Source of the DNA: Eledone cirrhosa
Lineage: Eukaryota
Direction: 5' to 3'
Length of the DNA stretch: 64,000 nucleotides
NCBI GenBank assembly: GCA_964016885.1
Contig: OZ024743.1
Coordinates: 166,594,001 to 166,658,000, forward strand
The position numbers and the translations under genes are program-made. Position 1 is the first letter of the stretch. Each line of letters opens with the position of its first letter. The notes beneath the pieces are model-generated. The model worked only from the letters and a program-made list of their open reading frames with translations. It was not told the DNA's origin and searched no databases. Below, piece after piece: positions 25,120 to 36,639 of the stretch.

Positions 25120-26755
25120 AGTATTGAAATTTCCGTTGAAAACAAAAGGTCATAGAAGTGAAGAGTGCTCTATGTAAGTTCCAAGGTATCCAATATAAAT
25201 TGGATTGGTCAATTTTGAACCAATCTAAAGAATATGCAAGAGGAACAAGAAAATGCACGCTCTGCATAAATGAAAAATATTGGATCTTGCAAAATCTTAA
25301 ATCACAAAAGACCTGCCTGAACACAAAGACAGAAATTTTCACCAGTTGCCCACACATGAAATCACACCTGCTTTCCAGCTCATATAAACTTAACACACTT
25401 TCAGATACTTATCCTCCATAAACTCTTATTATTCTCTTTATGAATACCCTTTCTGATTTACTTTCATTTTTATCCTTTTTATTAATTTTCATTTTTATCT
25501 TTACTTTCATTTTTACTTCACATCCACCAATAACCCCCCCCCCCCTTAATCTCTGATTCACTTACCTAATATCTTCACTTTCCACTTTTTACCTCCCTAT
25601 TTTCTTCACTACCTGATTATACTAGTCACTTGCATTTTCCACTCCAGATATTTTCTGTTATTTCGCAGCCAATCTTATAATTTTATATTCGTACTTACTT
25701 ATCCACAAGGCTTTTTACACCCTGTATCTATGTGTCTGAGCGCCTTAATGTGTGTATACTTTCTATATATGTATACGAACGCCTCCGTATGTGCGCGCGC
25801 GTGCGTGTGTATATATATCTGTGTTTTTACATCTATGTTTTTTGTTTTTTTCCTTTTTTTACATCCTCATTTTTATGTGTGTGCATGTAAACAGGTCAAT
25901 ATGCGTGAGTGTATGTATGTGTGTGTGTGTACGTACTGAACGTATGGATGTGTAAGTGTGCGTATGTATATAGGCATGTATATTTTTGTGTGTGTGTGTG
26001 TGAGTGAGTGTGTATACAGTCGCGTGGGTGCGCATGATTAGATATACATGGGGCGAGACGTATATATGTGCATCCTGTGTGTGTATGTATGCTTGCATAC
26101 CCTTTTGTCTGCACGTTTTTGCGTGTATATATATATATTTCTTATAGATATACGTTTCTTGTAGATATATGTGTGTGTATACGCGTGTACCTTGTTTGTC
26201 TTCTTTTCTTTAATTTTTTCTTTCTAAATTATTGTTCTATTTTTATAAATATATCGAGAATGATACTTTCTTTTTACTATTACACTCCCTTACCTCTTTT
26301 TCTTCCGCATATAAGTGTACGTGCGTGTGTGTGTTTATACACGTGCCTTCATATTCTTATAATGTATCTAATACCCTGTTTTTCTGTGTACCTGCCAAAC
26401 GGACATTCATATCATGTCTGTCTGTAGTTAGATACACAGATACACTTGCCCTAACACATATATTTACGCACACTTTTTCACTATACGTACACATTTGTAC
26501 ATCTGTGAGCGTATATACATACATATACACACACCTAACTATATTTCTTGAAAGATTTTTATATATTTCATATGGCTATTGTAATTCCTTTATCTATATT
26601 TATATAAGTTTTTTTGCTTTTCTTGAGACTTTCCAAGTATTTAGCCAAGTTTTATATTGCCTCGTCTGACGAACGAATGAAGACGTTTCTTTCGTATTCG
26701 CCTCATTCGGAAAACCTCTGGTAATGAGGTAATTATATTGTATTGATTTTTATAC
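25120..26755 (+). mobile_element. PLE 3' fragment: GIY-YIG C-terminus, long simple-repeat-rich 3' region, terminal hammerhead-like motif (26656-26733)
   Basis: W.ILNQSKEY....KCTLCINEKYWIL....LNTKTEIFTSCPH; stem I ATTGCCTCGT/ATGAGGTAAT, CTGACGA, stem II CGAATGA/TCATTCG, GAAA. Confidence 0.75.
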
Positions 26756-26760
26756 ATTAT

Positions 26761-26805
<45 letters not shown>

Positions 26806-27026
26806 TATAAATATATATATACATATAAATATATATATATACATATAAATATATATATATTTATTAAAATAACAGATTAAAGTTTAAACAAAGAATCGCT
26901 GCTTTCACCCTTAACGGGATCTTCTGAAACTAAAAAAAAATCAGTCTGTGAACGCAGAAGTAAATATTTCAAAAAACGTTGCAACCGAGGGAAGACGATA
27001 CTTTGATAAATATATATATATATAAA

Positions 27027-30000
27027 TATAGTGACGAAACATAAGTCAATTGCATGAACTCATAATCCTTTATTTACTGCTATATATATTTTGACTATAG
27101 CCATTGAATGGCTATGACCTCATCAGGCAGTTAGTCAGTTCTTAGATATGCCAGCTCTGTGTTTATGGTGTTAATGGTATCAGAGCCTTGGGACATATGA
27201 GCTTGTTAGGAATAATTTAATGTTATCAGCAGGAATAACCTTAATTCTCATTGGTCAGTTTGTAGATGCTAGCAGGGTTGGTATTTGACCTCAAAGAGGC
27301 AGGTGGTGTTGTAAAGTTCAAACCATCAGGCAAGATGACAATAGTTCCATATGACTGATTTTCACAAAAGGCATTCCTGGTCAGATATATATTCAATTGA
27401 GGTTTATAGTATGAAATTCGATACTACAGGTCAATCTTAAATTGAGGAATTTATGTGGGGTGGTACTACTGAAAATTATGGTTAGAGTAGAATACTAGAA
27501 AATTTACATATAAAAAGACTTATGTTGGTTGACTCGCACATACACCCCCCCCACCCCCCCCCCACACACACACACAGACAGACACATACAAATTGAGGAA
27601 TTTATGTGGGGTGGTAATACTGAAAATTATGGTTAGTCTCAAATACTTAGAAAGTTTAGAAATAAAAAGACTTATGTTGATTGACTTGTACATACACACA
27701 CATCCATACAGGTGTGTATATACATATATCTATGTACGCACAAGTGCATATATATATATATACAACAGAGGCCCCCAAATCCAAGTATAAGGCAGACATA
27801 AAACTAGGTGGGTGTTATTTTTAAAGAAAAGTAATGTGGGTGTTTAGACTAGACAAAAGTAGAGTGTGATACATATCTTCACCGCAATAGCTTGGGGCTT
27901 TGGACCTTAGGCGAATCCCTTAGTACAGACATATATACCCACCCACACTTTTATACCTCTGGATGCATGTGTATGTCTATATACACATGTGCACTCATAC
28001 AAGAGAGCATATACAAATATACTCTTAAGCATACACTCAAACATTTTTCAAATGCAACCTGTGTATTAGTATTTTGTTGCGTTCACATGAGTGTGTACAT
28101 TCAGGTAATCCCAGTATACACACACAATGCACGGTTGCGGGCACGCATTCAAGCGTATAGGGTTAGTACCTTGGGATAATTGTTCTTCCTGTGTGGGCCA
28201 CTCCGGGGGGGGGGGGGGGGGGGGTTCCCCGGGTTCAATAAACGTGGTTTTGTTGACTCCTAACCAGTAGACGATCCGGTTGACAATCTACTGTAGGGAC
28301 TACAAACTATGGGTGGTGGTTGTTGTCCATTGGACATCGGTACGGGGTGTAGGGGACCTACAGGGGGGTGGGGGGAGGCCATAACCGGGGTTTATCTATA
28401 CAGCTTGAGAAAAGTTCCCGTCCTTAGGTGTCTGCAGGCGAATAAGTCCGCCCTTCTGTTTAATAGCTTGGTTCCGCCATGAAGTATCTCGAGTGTCTCA
28501 CTAAGACAGGTTGCAAATACCAGACCCGCTTCTGTCTGGGGGAACCTTTCTAACCACGGACCAGACCAGAGAGTGCGGGGTCTTTTCAAGTTTGAGCCTC
28601 CAGATCAATTCAGAAAGGGTCGTACATTTCCTCTTTTCTATTGTTAAAGGAATGGCGATGGTTATACCACCTATCTTTGAAGCTAGTCACCGTGGATCCT
28701 ATGTAGTGGTGCTCCGAGTTAGGGGTTGTGACCTTGCACCTGTAGACTACGTTTATCGTCATGCATTCATTACTAAGGGGGCACAATGATGGGTCTCTGC
28801 AATTGCATGACTTCTTAAGCCCCAGCACATGTACCGCGTGGTTACCATCACTCGGGGTTGGCTGGGTAGCCGTCGCAATCAGCACAGGGTCGTTGGGTTC
28901 CGGTGGGCCTGTCCGGGGTCTGGTGCGTCCCGCGTGATGGTTCCTTTGGGTGGCTCCGGGGTTTACGGTGGTATTAGAGGCAGTGAGCCTATTCCTATTT
29001 ATGCCGGCTATGTGCTGGGCTACGGAGCATGTGGTTGAGTAGGAAAGTTTCACCGTATGCCTGTTGAATATTTTATCGTACTTGTGGGCCCTAGGGAAAC
29101 ATTTATCCAGTACTTTAAAGAATGTTCTAGCCAGGCTGGTATGTAGACCCACCGAGTATGGGGGGGGGGGGGGGGGGGTGTTATACCATGTGACCTTCCT
29201 GGTCCTATTCTTGCGGGGTTGTGCACAGCTCAGGTCGAGCTCGGTTGGTGTCACTCAGGTGTGTGGAGCGGTCACTATCATGAGGGTTATATGGGCCCAC
29301 CGTGGGGCTATAAACCTGCGCGGTGCGGCCTCCCTGCTCAATTAGGGTTCGGCGGGTGGTGGGGGCCGGTGCAGGGCTGCCTATGCTCCCCACCGCAGTG
29401 GTCTTTAGCGTTGTAGGTATGCGGGACCTTCTACGGGGGGTGGTGACGGATAGGGGTCTGGGAGTGTTACTACTGGTCACCGAGGTATTAGGTGGGCGAC
29501 TCATGCCCCTGAGGGTATTGGCCCGGTGTACCCTTGGGTCATCTCGATCATGTCCCTTAGGGTTATAGCTGATCCTATGGCTGTGGGACGCCTTAGCTAG
29601 CGCTGAGTTATAGTAATCAGCATTACTATTGATCTCTTTATTGGCAGACAAGTTAGAGATCTTGTCAGAGACACTCTTAACTATAGATCTAGGGTGATTG
29701 GACCCAGCGTTGATATACACCAGCTTCTCATTGGGTTTATGATATTGGTGGCGTAGCTTGGTGTTGAGGTTGAGGGTGGTGTCCAGGAAATTCACTACTT
29801 TTCTATTGGGTTCCATCTCTACTTTAAGTCCTACCTTGCTAAAGAAGTGTCTAATTCTCCTCTTCATATTTTCGACCATTGTGGTGCTGTGGTCCACGAC
29901 GGTGAAGAGTGCATCGTCTCGGTACAGCCCGCCACCCAGGTTGGGTATTTCGCTCCTGATCTCGTAGAGTATGTATATCCCAACCAAGTCTGTTAGCTGT

Positions 30001-31279
30001 GCGGAGTCACTGGAGCCCATTATAATGTCAAAATTATTTGGCCAGTCACTCCAGGTTCATATGTGCCCACCGAATCGGATCAGGGTCTTTCTGGCGGCGT
30101 GTATGATTTGGACCTCGTCGCACGTTAGGTCTGTCCTATTCATCGCGAATATGAGTGCCTTGTTCAGGACTATGGGCGAGATAGAGGAGTAGTAATTGTT
30201 GATGTCTTGTTGTATGAAGCTAGTCCTATCAGGTAAAAATGTAAACCAGCCCAGCACCTGGCTGGTGCAGGGCCAGAGTTGTAACCTTATTTTACTCTTA
30301 AGTGTGGGCAGGATCCTATCTAAAATGCTTTTGCTAATAACTCCCATGTCTGACCGAGAGGGGGCTATCAGTCTGCCTAGCAGGTTAGACTCAAAGTTTG
30401 GTTTGTGGTCCTTAATGGTAATCCTCGGGTCCCTTGGTTGGTATGGGGCCATCCTATCATCTATGTCAAGACCAGATACGATCTCATAAGCCTTGATGTT
30501 GATATCCTCCAGAGTAGCCTCGGGTTTTTTTTTTGTAGGTTCTTCTCAATTCCCTGAGGATTAGCTCATGGTAAAATTGGACGTCCATGCTGTAAAGGTT
30601 GTTGGTTTTGTCGGCATGGACGAGTATTCCTGTAGATTCCTTAAGCTCGGTAATTCCATTTTCCAGTCGTCTCAATTCCCTGAGGATTAGCTCATGGTAA
30701 AATTGGACGTCCATGCTTAAAGGTTGTTGGTTTTGTCGGCATGGACGAGTATTCCTGTAGATTCCTTAAGCTCGGTAATTCCATTTTCCAGTCGTCTAAG
30801 GTACTCTCGACCCCGGTATGGTTGGTCGGAAAATTTGATGTTGGAAATGATGCCAATCATTTCATTCTCGAACTCCTCCAATAGTCTGTTGTGGGATCCT
30901 TCTTGATCTGAAGAGGCACTCCATAGTTTTTTTGTTATTAGTATTAGAGTTTCCTCTATCAAAGTGGTAAGCCCTCCACCTCATCCTGCGTATTAGGGAG
31001 TCAGTACTCTTAGTGAGGTTCCTGGTGTATTCTCGTTTACCCGGTAATGGGATGTCCTTCAGTGATGCCAGAGTGGTGAGTATATTCACATTAGCTGCGG
31101 TCCGCTACTGTATGAAGCGCTCAACAGGGTGTGGAGCATGGGGTAAGCAAGAAAGTGTTGGTAAAATCCAGTACTTCAGTATGCGGATAGGGATCACTTA
31201 ACGAAGATATAAGTTCCGGAGTTATAATAGTGACGAAACACAAGTCAATTGCATGAACTCATATTCCTTTATTTACTGC
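27027..31279 (-). mobile_element. Near full-length Penelope-like retroelement (RT + GIY-YIG), frameshifted; probably Hydra-type clade
   Basis: N-term SLKDIPLP..IRRMRWRAYHF; HADKTNNLY; DINNYYSSI; MGSSDSAQLTDLVG; LYRDDAL; FLDTTLNL; CNCRDPSLCPL linker; VVY..YIGST..FKDRWYNHRHSF; LN..DLFACRH. Has a 53-bp terminal direct repeat, (TA)n flanks and an internal tandem duplication near 30545-30797. Clade assignment is from recalled motifs. Confidence 0.9.
27076..27131 (-). ncRNA. Hammerhead ribozyme in the PLE 3' pLTR (G12>A variant)
   Basis: ACTGC-CTGATGA-GGTCATAGCCAT/ATGGCTATAGTC-AAAA-TATATA-TA-GCAGT. Confidence 0.75.
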
Positions 31280-31540
31280 TATATATATATATAAATATAT
31301 ATAGTTAGGGAAGCAGAAAATTGCTTATTGTAATCCAGTTTGTGGTTAAGAAAGGCCAGTTTCATGGACGGTTTCAACTTATTTTGAAAATTTGGATGTG
31401 AACAACAGCAATTATTGAGTGGCTGCTATTTGCAGTATAGCAATATAAGGTTGCACTTACCAATGAAACGGTCGTAAATACCTGGATAAAATCCTTTTTT
31501 TTTTTAATGCTTACCTGTTTTTTTAATGCTTACATATTTA

Positions 31541-31618
<78 letters not shown>

Positions 31619-31884
31619 CATATTTATTTATATATATATACACATACATATTTATTTATATATATATACATACATATTTATTTATATATATATATACATA
31701 CATATTTATTTATATATATATACATACATATTTATTTATATATATATACATACATATTTATTTATATATATATACATACATATTTATTTATATATATATA
31801 CATACATATTTATTTATATATATATACATACATATTTATTTATATATATATACATACATATTTATTTATATATATATACATACA

Positions 31885-31955
<71 letters not shown>

Positions 31956-32286
31956 GGAGGCATATGGCTTAGTGGTTAGAGCATTGGCCTTGCAATCGAA
32001 AGGTTGTGAGTTCAATTCTCAGACCGGGTGATGTGTTGTTTCCTTGAGCAAGACACTTTATTTCATATTGCTCCAGTTTACTCAGCTGTAGAAATGAGAT
32101 GATAGGGACTGGGGTACCTATCATTCCACTGCAAAGTGGTCGTGGAGGTGCCACGGAAAAAAAGCACCCAGCACTCACTGTAAATGAGGTTGGTGTTAGG
32201 AAGGGCATCCAGCTGTAGAAATCAAGCCAGAATCAGTTCCCGTCCCACCCTTGCAAACGGACAAGCGGACGTAAAATGATGATGAT
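31956..32286 (+). mobile_element. tRNA-derived SINE (same family as 13413)
   Basis: Near-identical head, body and RTE tail. Confidence 0.88.
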
Positions 32287-32970
32287 ACATATTTATTTAT
32301 ATATATATATATACATACATACATACTTATATATATATACATCCATCCATATTTATTTATATATACATACATATTTATTTACATATATACATACATATTT
32401 ATATATATATATATAAATAAATAAATATATATATATTTCATTCATTTTATATAAATAAATATATCTATAGCGAAAGGTATGAATTTTCCTAGATCATAAA
32501 TATCTCTTAACATCTCTATCACCCTCTCTCCCTGAAACCGCATCAACCCCATTAAGACAAGACAATCAGCAAAACATTTACCACAAGTATTTGTCAAACC
32601 TCCCTTCACCATCCACCCTTAGGTCTCATACTAGTATCTCCCAATTAATCTCTAATTTATTGCTTTTTCTTTATCTGTCACTACTTCGACTGTCTACACT
32701 TATCTATGTATGTTATGAATGACTTTTCATGTTAGCACTAAACCACCACAGAATCCTTACATGGGCACTTACTCACCACCACCACCACTATCCTCACTTA
32801 TCCTTATTTCTTTATATTTCTATTATTTTTCCATTTTCTTACTTTTTTACAGTAACTTTTTACATCTGTAACTTCTCTACCTATTTAACCTATATATTTT
32901 ATTATTTATGTTATTGTTTTGATTATACGCTATTTCTCTATATATATCTTGCCTTGTATGAATTATTTTT

Positions 32971-33078
32971 GTATTCTGAGGATTTGATCAGAGGTAAATA
33001 AAGTAATGGAGATTGAGTGACGTAACTTCGAGTGATTAGCAGCCTCTAGACTCACCTGATCAATGAAACAATTAATAC
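32971..33078 (+). ncRNA. Hammerhead-like motif with long stem II and a stem III deletion
   Basis: GTATT-CTGAGGA-T-TTGATCAG...CTGATCAA-T-GAAA-CAATT-AATAC. Confidence 0.6.
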
Positions 33079-33314
33079 CTGAAATAAAGCCCCTTGTTTT
33101 ACAGCCAACCATGTTACTCTTCATTCTTTCACTATTATTACTCGCTGCCTAACTATGGAAACATCTTGTTGAGTTAAACAAAACCGTATGTTAAAACTAT
33201 CCACGACACAGAGTACTCACAACCTCTAACTGGATTACCTATAACGATAACTTGTTATCCCATATAAATATAAATGTATATAAATATAAATATAAATATA
33301 TATATATATATAAA

Positions 33315-33740
33315 TCATCATCATCATCATTTTACGTCCGTTTTCTCTGCTTGCAAGGGTGGGACGGGTCTTATTCAGCACAGCATCTCTCCACTTGTCA
33401 CGGTCCTTCGTCATCTCCACCGTGAGCTTCGGCGATCTGAGGTCTGTTCTCACCATCTCCGCCCATGTTTTTCATGGTCTACCTCTACCACGTCTTCCTT
33501 CAACTGGTATTTCCTGGCACTTCTTCACCCATCGGTCATCCTCCATGCGCATCACATGTCCATACAACCTCAGTCTCCTCTCCCGCACACTACATTCTAT
33601 CCCTCTCAAACATTCATGCTGGGTCGTTCACGCACATCCAACGGAGCATGCAGGGTATGCCTTGGTATTTGACACCATCTGCCTAACTAGTAAGAAGTCA
33701 ATCTGGCTTATGTGCTCGCCTGATTTGTAGGTCATTAGTG
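33315..33740 (-). mobile_element. Internally deleted RTE LINE (EN piece fused to the 3' end)
   Basis: HISQIDFLLV-type sequence at 33655-33740 joined directly to SMLRWMC...GRP.KTW and the tail. Confidence 0.8.
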
Positions 33741-34627
33741 AAAAGAAGGACAGGTCCTCAAGAGAGCACGATCTTGATCTCCTTTGTTGTCATTTATTCT
33801 GAAGGGCCTAACATTTATACTAAAAGTGTTGAGAGGACTCTTTAATCATGTCATGGACACAAAATCTCTCTAGTGTTAATACTATTTTTTTTAAAATGCA
33901 CCCAATACACTCAGTAAAGTGGTTAAGCCCCCAGCTATAGAAACAATACCAAAGAAGGTTGTGAGGACACTTCAGTTGTATCAAGGACATAACAAGCTCC
34001 CTAGTGGTGGTGCCATGATGTAATGCACCCAGTAAAGTGGTGGTGATAAGGCATCCAGCCATAGAAACCATGCCATATTTGAAACATAAGTACATGAGAT
34101 GTGGGCCCTCAGCCCATCAGTGAGAGGACACTAAGTACTGACTTGTTTCTTGATAACCCATTCAACCTATGCCAGCATTAATAAAAAAAAGAGGTTAAAT
34201 GATGATGATGAATAAGCTCTGACTATCCTTTATTACCTGAAACAACAGGTTAAATGATGATTTGCTACACTGACACAGAGCAACAAGTTTATTTGAGAAT
34301 AGGCAAAGCCAAATGAATCCACCTAAAGTTATTTAAATAACTACCAAAGTTAATACCAAGTAGGATTTAAACACAAAACATGGAAGTGATAAACTAAATA
34401 TGATCGACTAATCAACGTGGCACCCCAACATGGCCGCAGAGAAGTAAGTGAATAAAAGAGTAAGGCCTTTTGTTCATCCAATGTTCTTCCAATTCTGCGA
34501 TCTATAACACTATTTTTCACAAATAATAATATAATTGATTCAAGTTACAAAAGTAATTAAGAAATAAACAATTCCTGCTTAACACTATTAAACACTGAAA
34601 AAATTATGTAGTAAAATATATACTAAC

Positions 34628-34707
34628 TTTTTATCAAGATCCTTCTCATTGTGGAAAGGTTCAGCAAAGTAAGCGAAACCAACAACTTTGGGCTTTGTAT
34701 ACAAAGG
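34628..34707 (-). CDS. CANX: Calnexin coding exon 2 (PLYTKPKVVGFAYFAEPFHNEKDLDK)
   Basis: TTTTTCCAG acceptor, GTTAGT donor, 80 nt, phase 0 to 2; resembles the calnexin 'Y..P...G..YF.E.F' motif. Confidence 0.9.
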
Positions 34708-34944
34708 CTGGAAAAAAAAAATGAATTTAACAAGTAATTATAAACAACAAAGCCACCAGTTATTAAAATAAAAAAAAGAAAGAAAAAGAATTCACAGCTC
34801 ACACCTATGTAGATTTAGCTGATCCCCTCTATGGATACATTTTATTGGAGGTTTCTCATGTGTTTTAATGAAAGTGCCCCTGTCATATGACATTTTCTAA
34901 AGTGTCTCACCCCTTCTTTGCCCACTTATTCCTGAGAGGGTTGT

Positions 34945-35270
34945 GGGGGCAGGTTGGCATGAACACCTAATTGAAGATAGCGAGTTTGGCTCTTACACCT
35001 ACCTATCTTCTGATTACTGAATGCTGAAGTTGGTGCATTATTGCACCAGTTCCTGCAATTCTTGCACTTAATTCAGCCTTCTGCCTTCCATCACTCAGAA
35101 ATACAACCCAAAGATACTTGAACCTCTCTACTTGCTTCCATGAGAGGAAAGTGTCTCAGTTTTCACAGCACTCAGCATCAAACCTATCAAGTGCAAGTTG
35201 GAGATCCCCTTCTGTCGAGTTAAGTAACACCATGTTGTCTGCATATTCCAGCCAACTGATTTTACACCCG
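34945..35270 (-). pseudogene. Old LINE RT remnant
   Basis: ISWLEYADNMVLL...QVERFKYL...ARIA degenerate RT motifs. Confidence 0.6.
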
Positions 35271-35631
35271 TGAAGAATTTGAGCAATTTACTAAAATTAA
35301 TATTCATTACTATTAGTTCTAGTAATTACTATAATAGTAATTAGTATCATCATCATCACCACCGTTTTACATCCGTTCTACCACGCTAGCATGGGTTAGA
35401 CGGGTTGTCCTGTTGTGGGCAGTGTCCAGTCGGCTGACCTTGTCTTGCTCATACGGAAACTGATTCTGGCTTGATTTCTACAGCTGGATGCCCTTCCTAA
35501 CACCAACCTCATTTAGAGTGAGTGCTGGGTGTGTTTTTTCTGTGGCGCCTACACATCCACTTTACAGTGTGGGCTTGGTGTTTTTTTTGTCGTGGCACCT
35601 CCACGACCACTTTGCAGTGGGAGGGGGTGGA

Positions 35632-35678
<47 letters not shown>

Positions 35679-36006
35679 TAGTGTATTGGTGTGTAATGTT
35701 TAGTTACTATTGGTTCACCAGTTTGAGCACTCAATGCTAATATGGGTTCAGCTGCCTATGTGGTATTCTTGTCACCCCTACCAAAAGGTAATGAGAAACA
35801 GTTTATGTTCCCATCGCAGTATCGTCCTCTTTAGAGGACCTGTTTAGCGAATCCTGCAGTGAAGTCGTGTCGCACATCCTCCATGCTCTTGCCAGAATGC
35901 ACACAATCATGTGTCCATACACTTGCAAGCAGTCTCTCTTCCAAACTGTAGGAGCTCGTGTCAACCATATATTTATCTCTCTATATATATCCTAATTTTA
36001 TTATAT

Positions 36007-36077
<71 letters not shown>

Positions 36078-36139
36078 TTCCCCCTCGTTATCGAGTATGG
36101 CCATTGCACGAGAAAGAAAAAAAAATATATATATATATA

Positions 36140-36532
36140 TCATTTCATCATTTCATTTCATTTTACGTCCGCTTTTCCCTGCTTGCAAGGGTGGGACAGG
36201 AACTGATTCTGGCTTGATTTCTACAGCTGGATGCCCTTCCTAACACCAACCTCATTTACAGTGAGTGCTGGGTGTTTTTTTTCCATGGCGCCTACACATC
36301 CACTTTACAGTGTGGGCTGGGTGCTTTTTTGCCGTGGCACCTCCACGACCACTTTGGTAGTGGAATGATAGGGAACCCAGTCCTATCATCTCATTTCTAC
36401 AGCTGAATAAACTGGAGCAATGTGAAATAAAGTGTCTTGCTCAAGGAAACAACACATCACCCGGTCTGAGAATTAAACTCACAACCCTTCCATTGCAAGG
36501 CCAATGCTCTAACCACTAAGCCATGTGCCTCC
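36140..36532 (-). mobile_element. tRNA-derived SINE (same family as 13413)
   Basis: Reverse complement of the SINE head and RTE tail. Confidence 0.88.
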
Positions 36533-36639
36533 ATATATATATATATATATACACACATTAATAACAATAATAACGACAACAACAACAATAATAATATACA
36601 TACATATATATATATACACGCACACACAAACATATCTAT

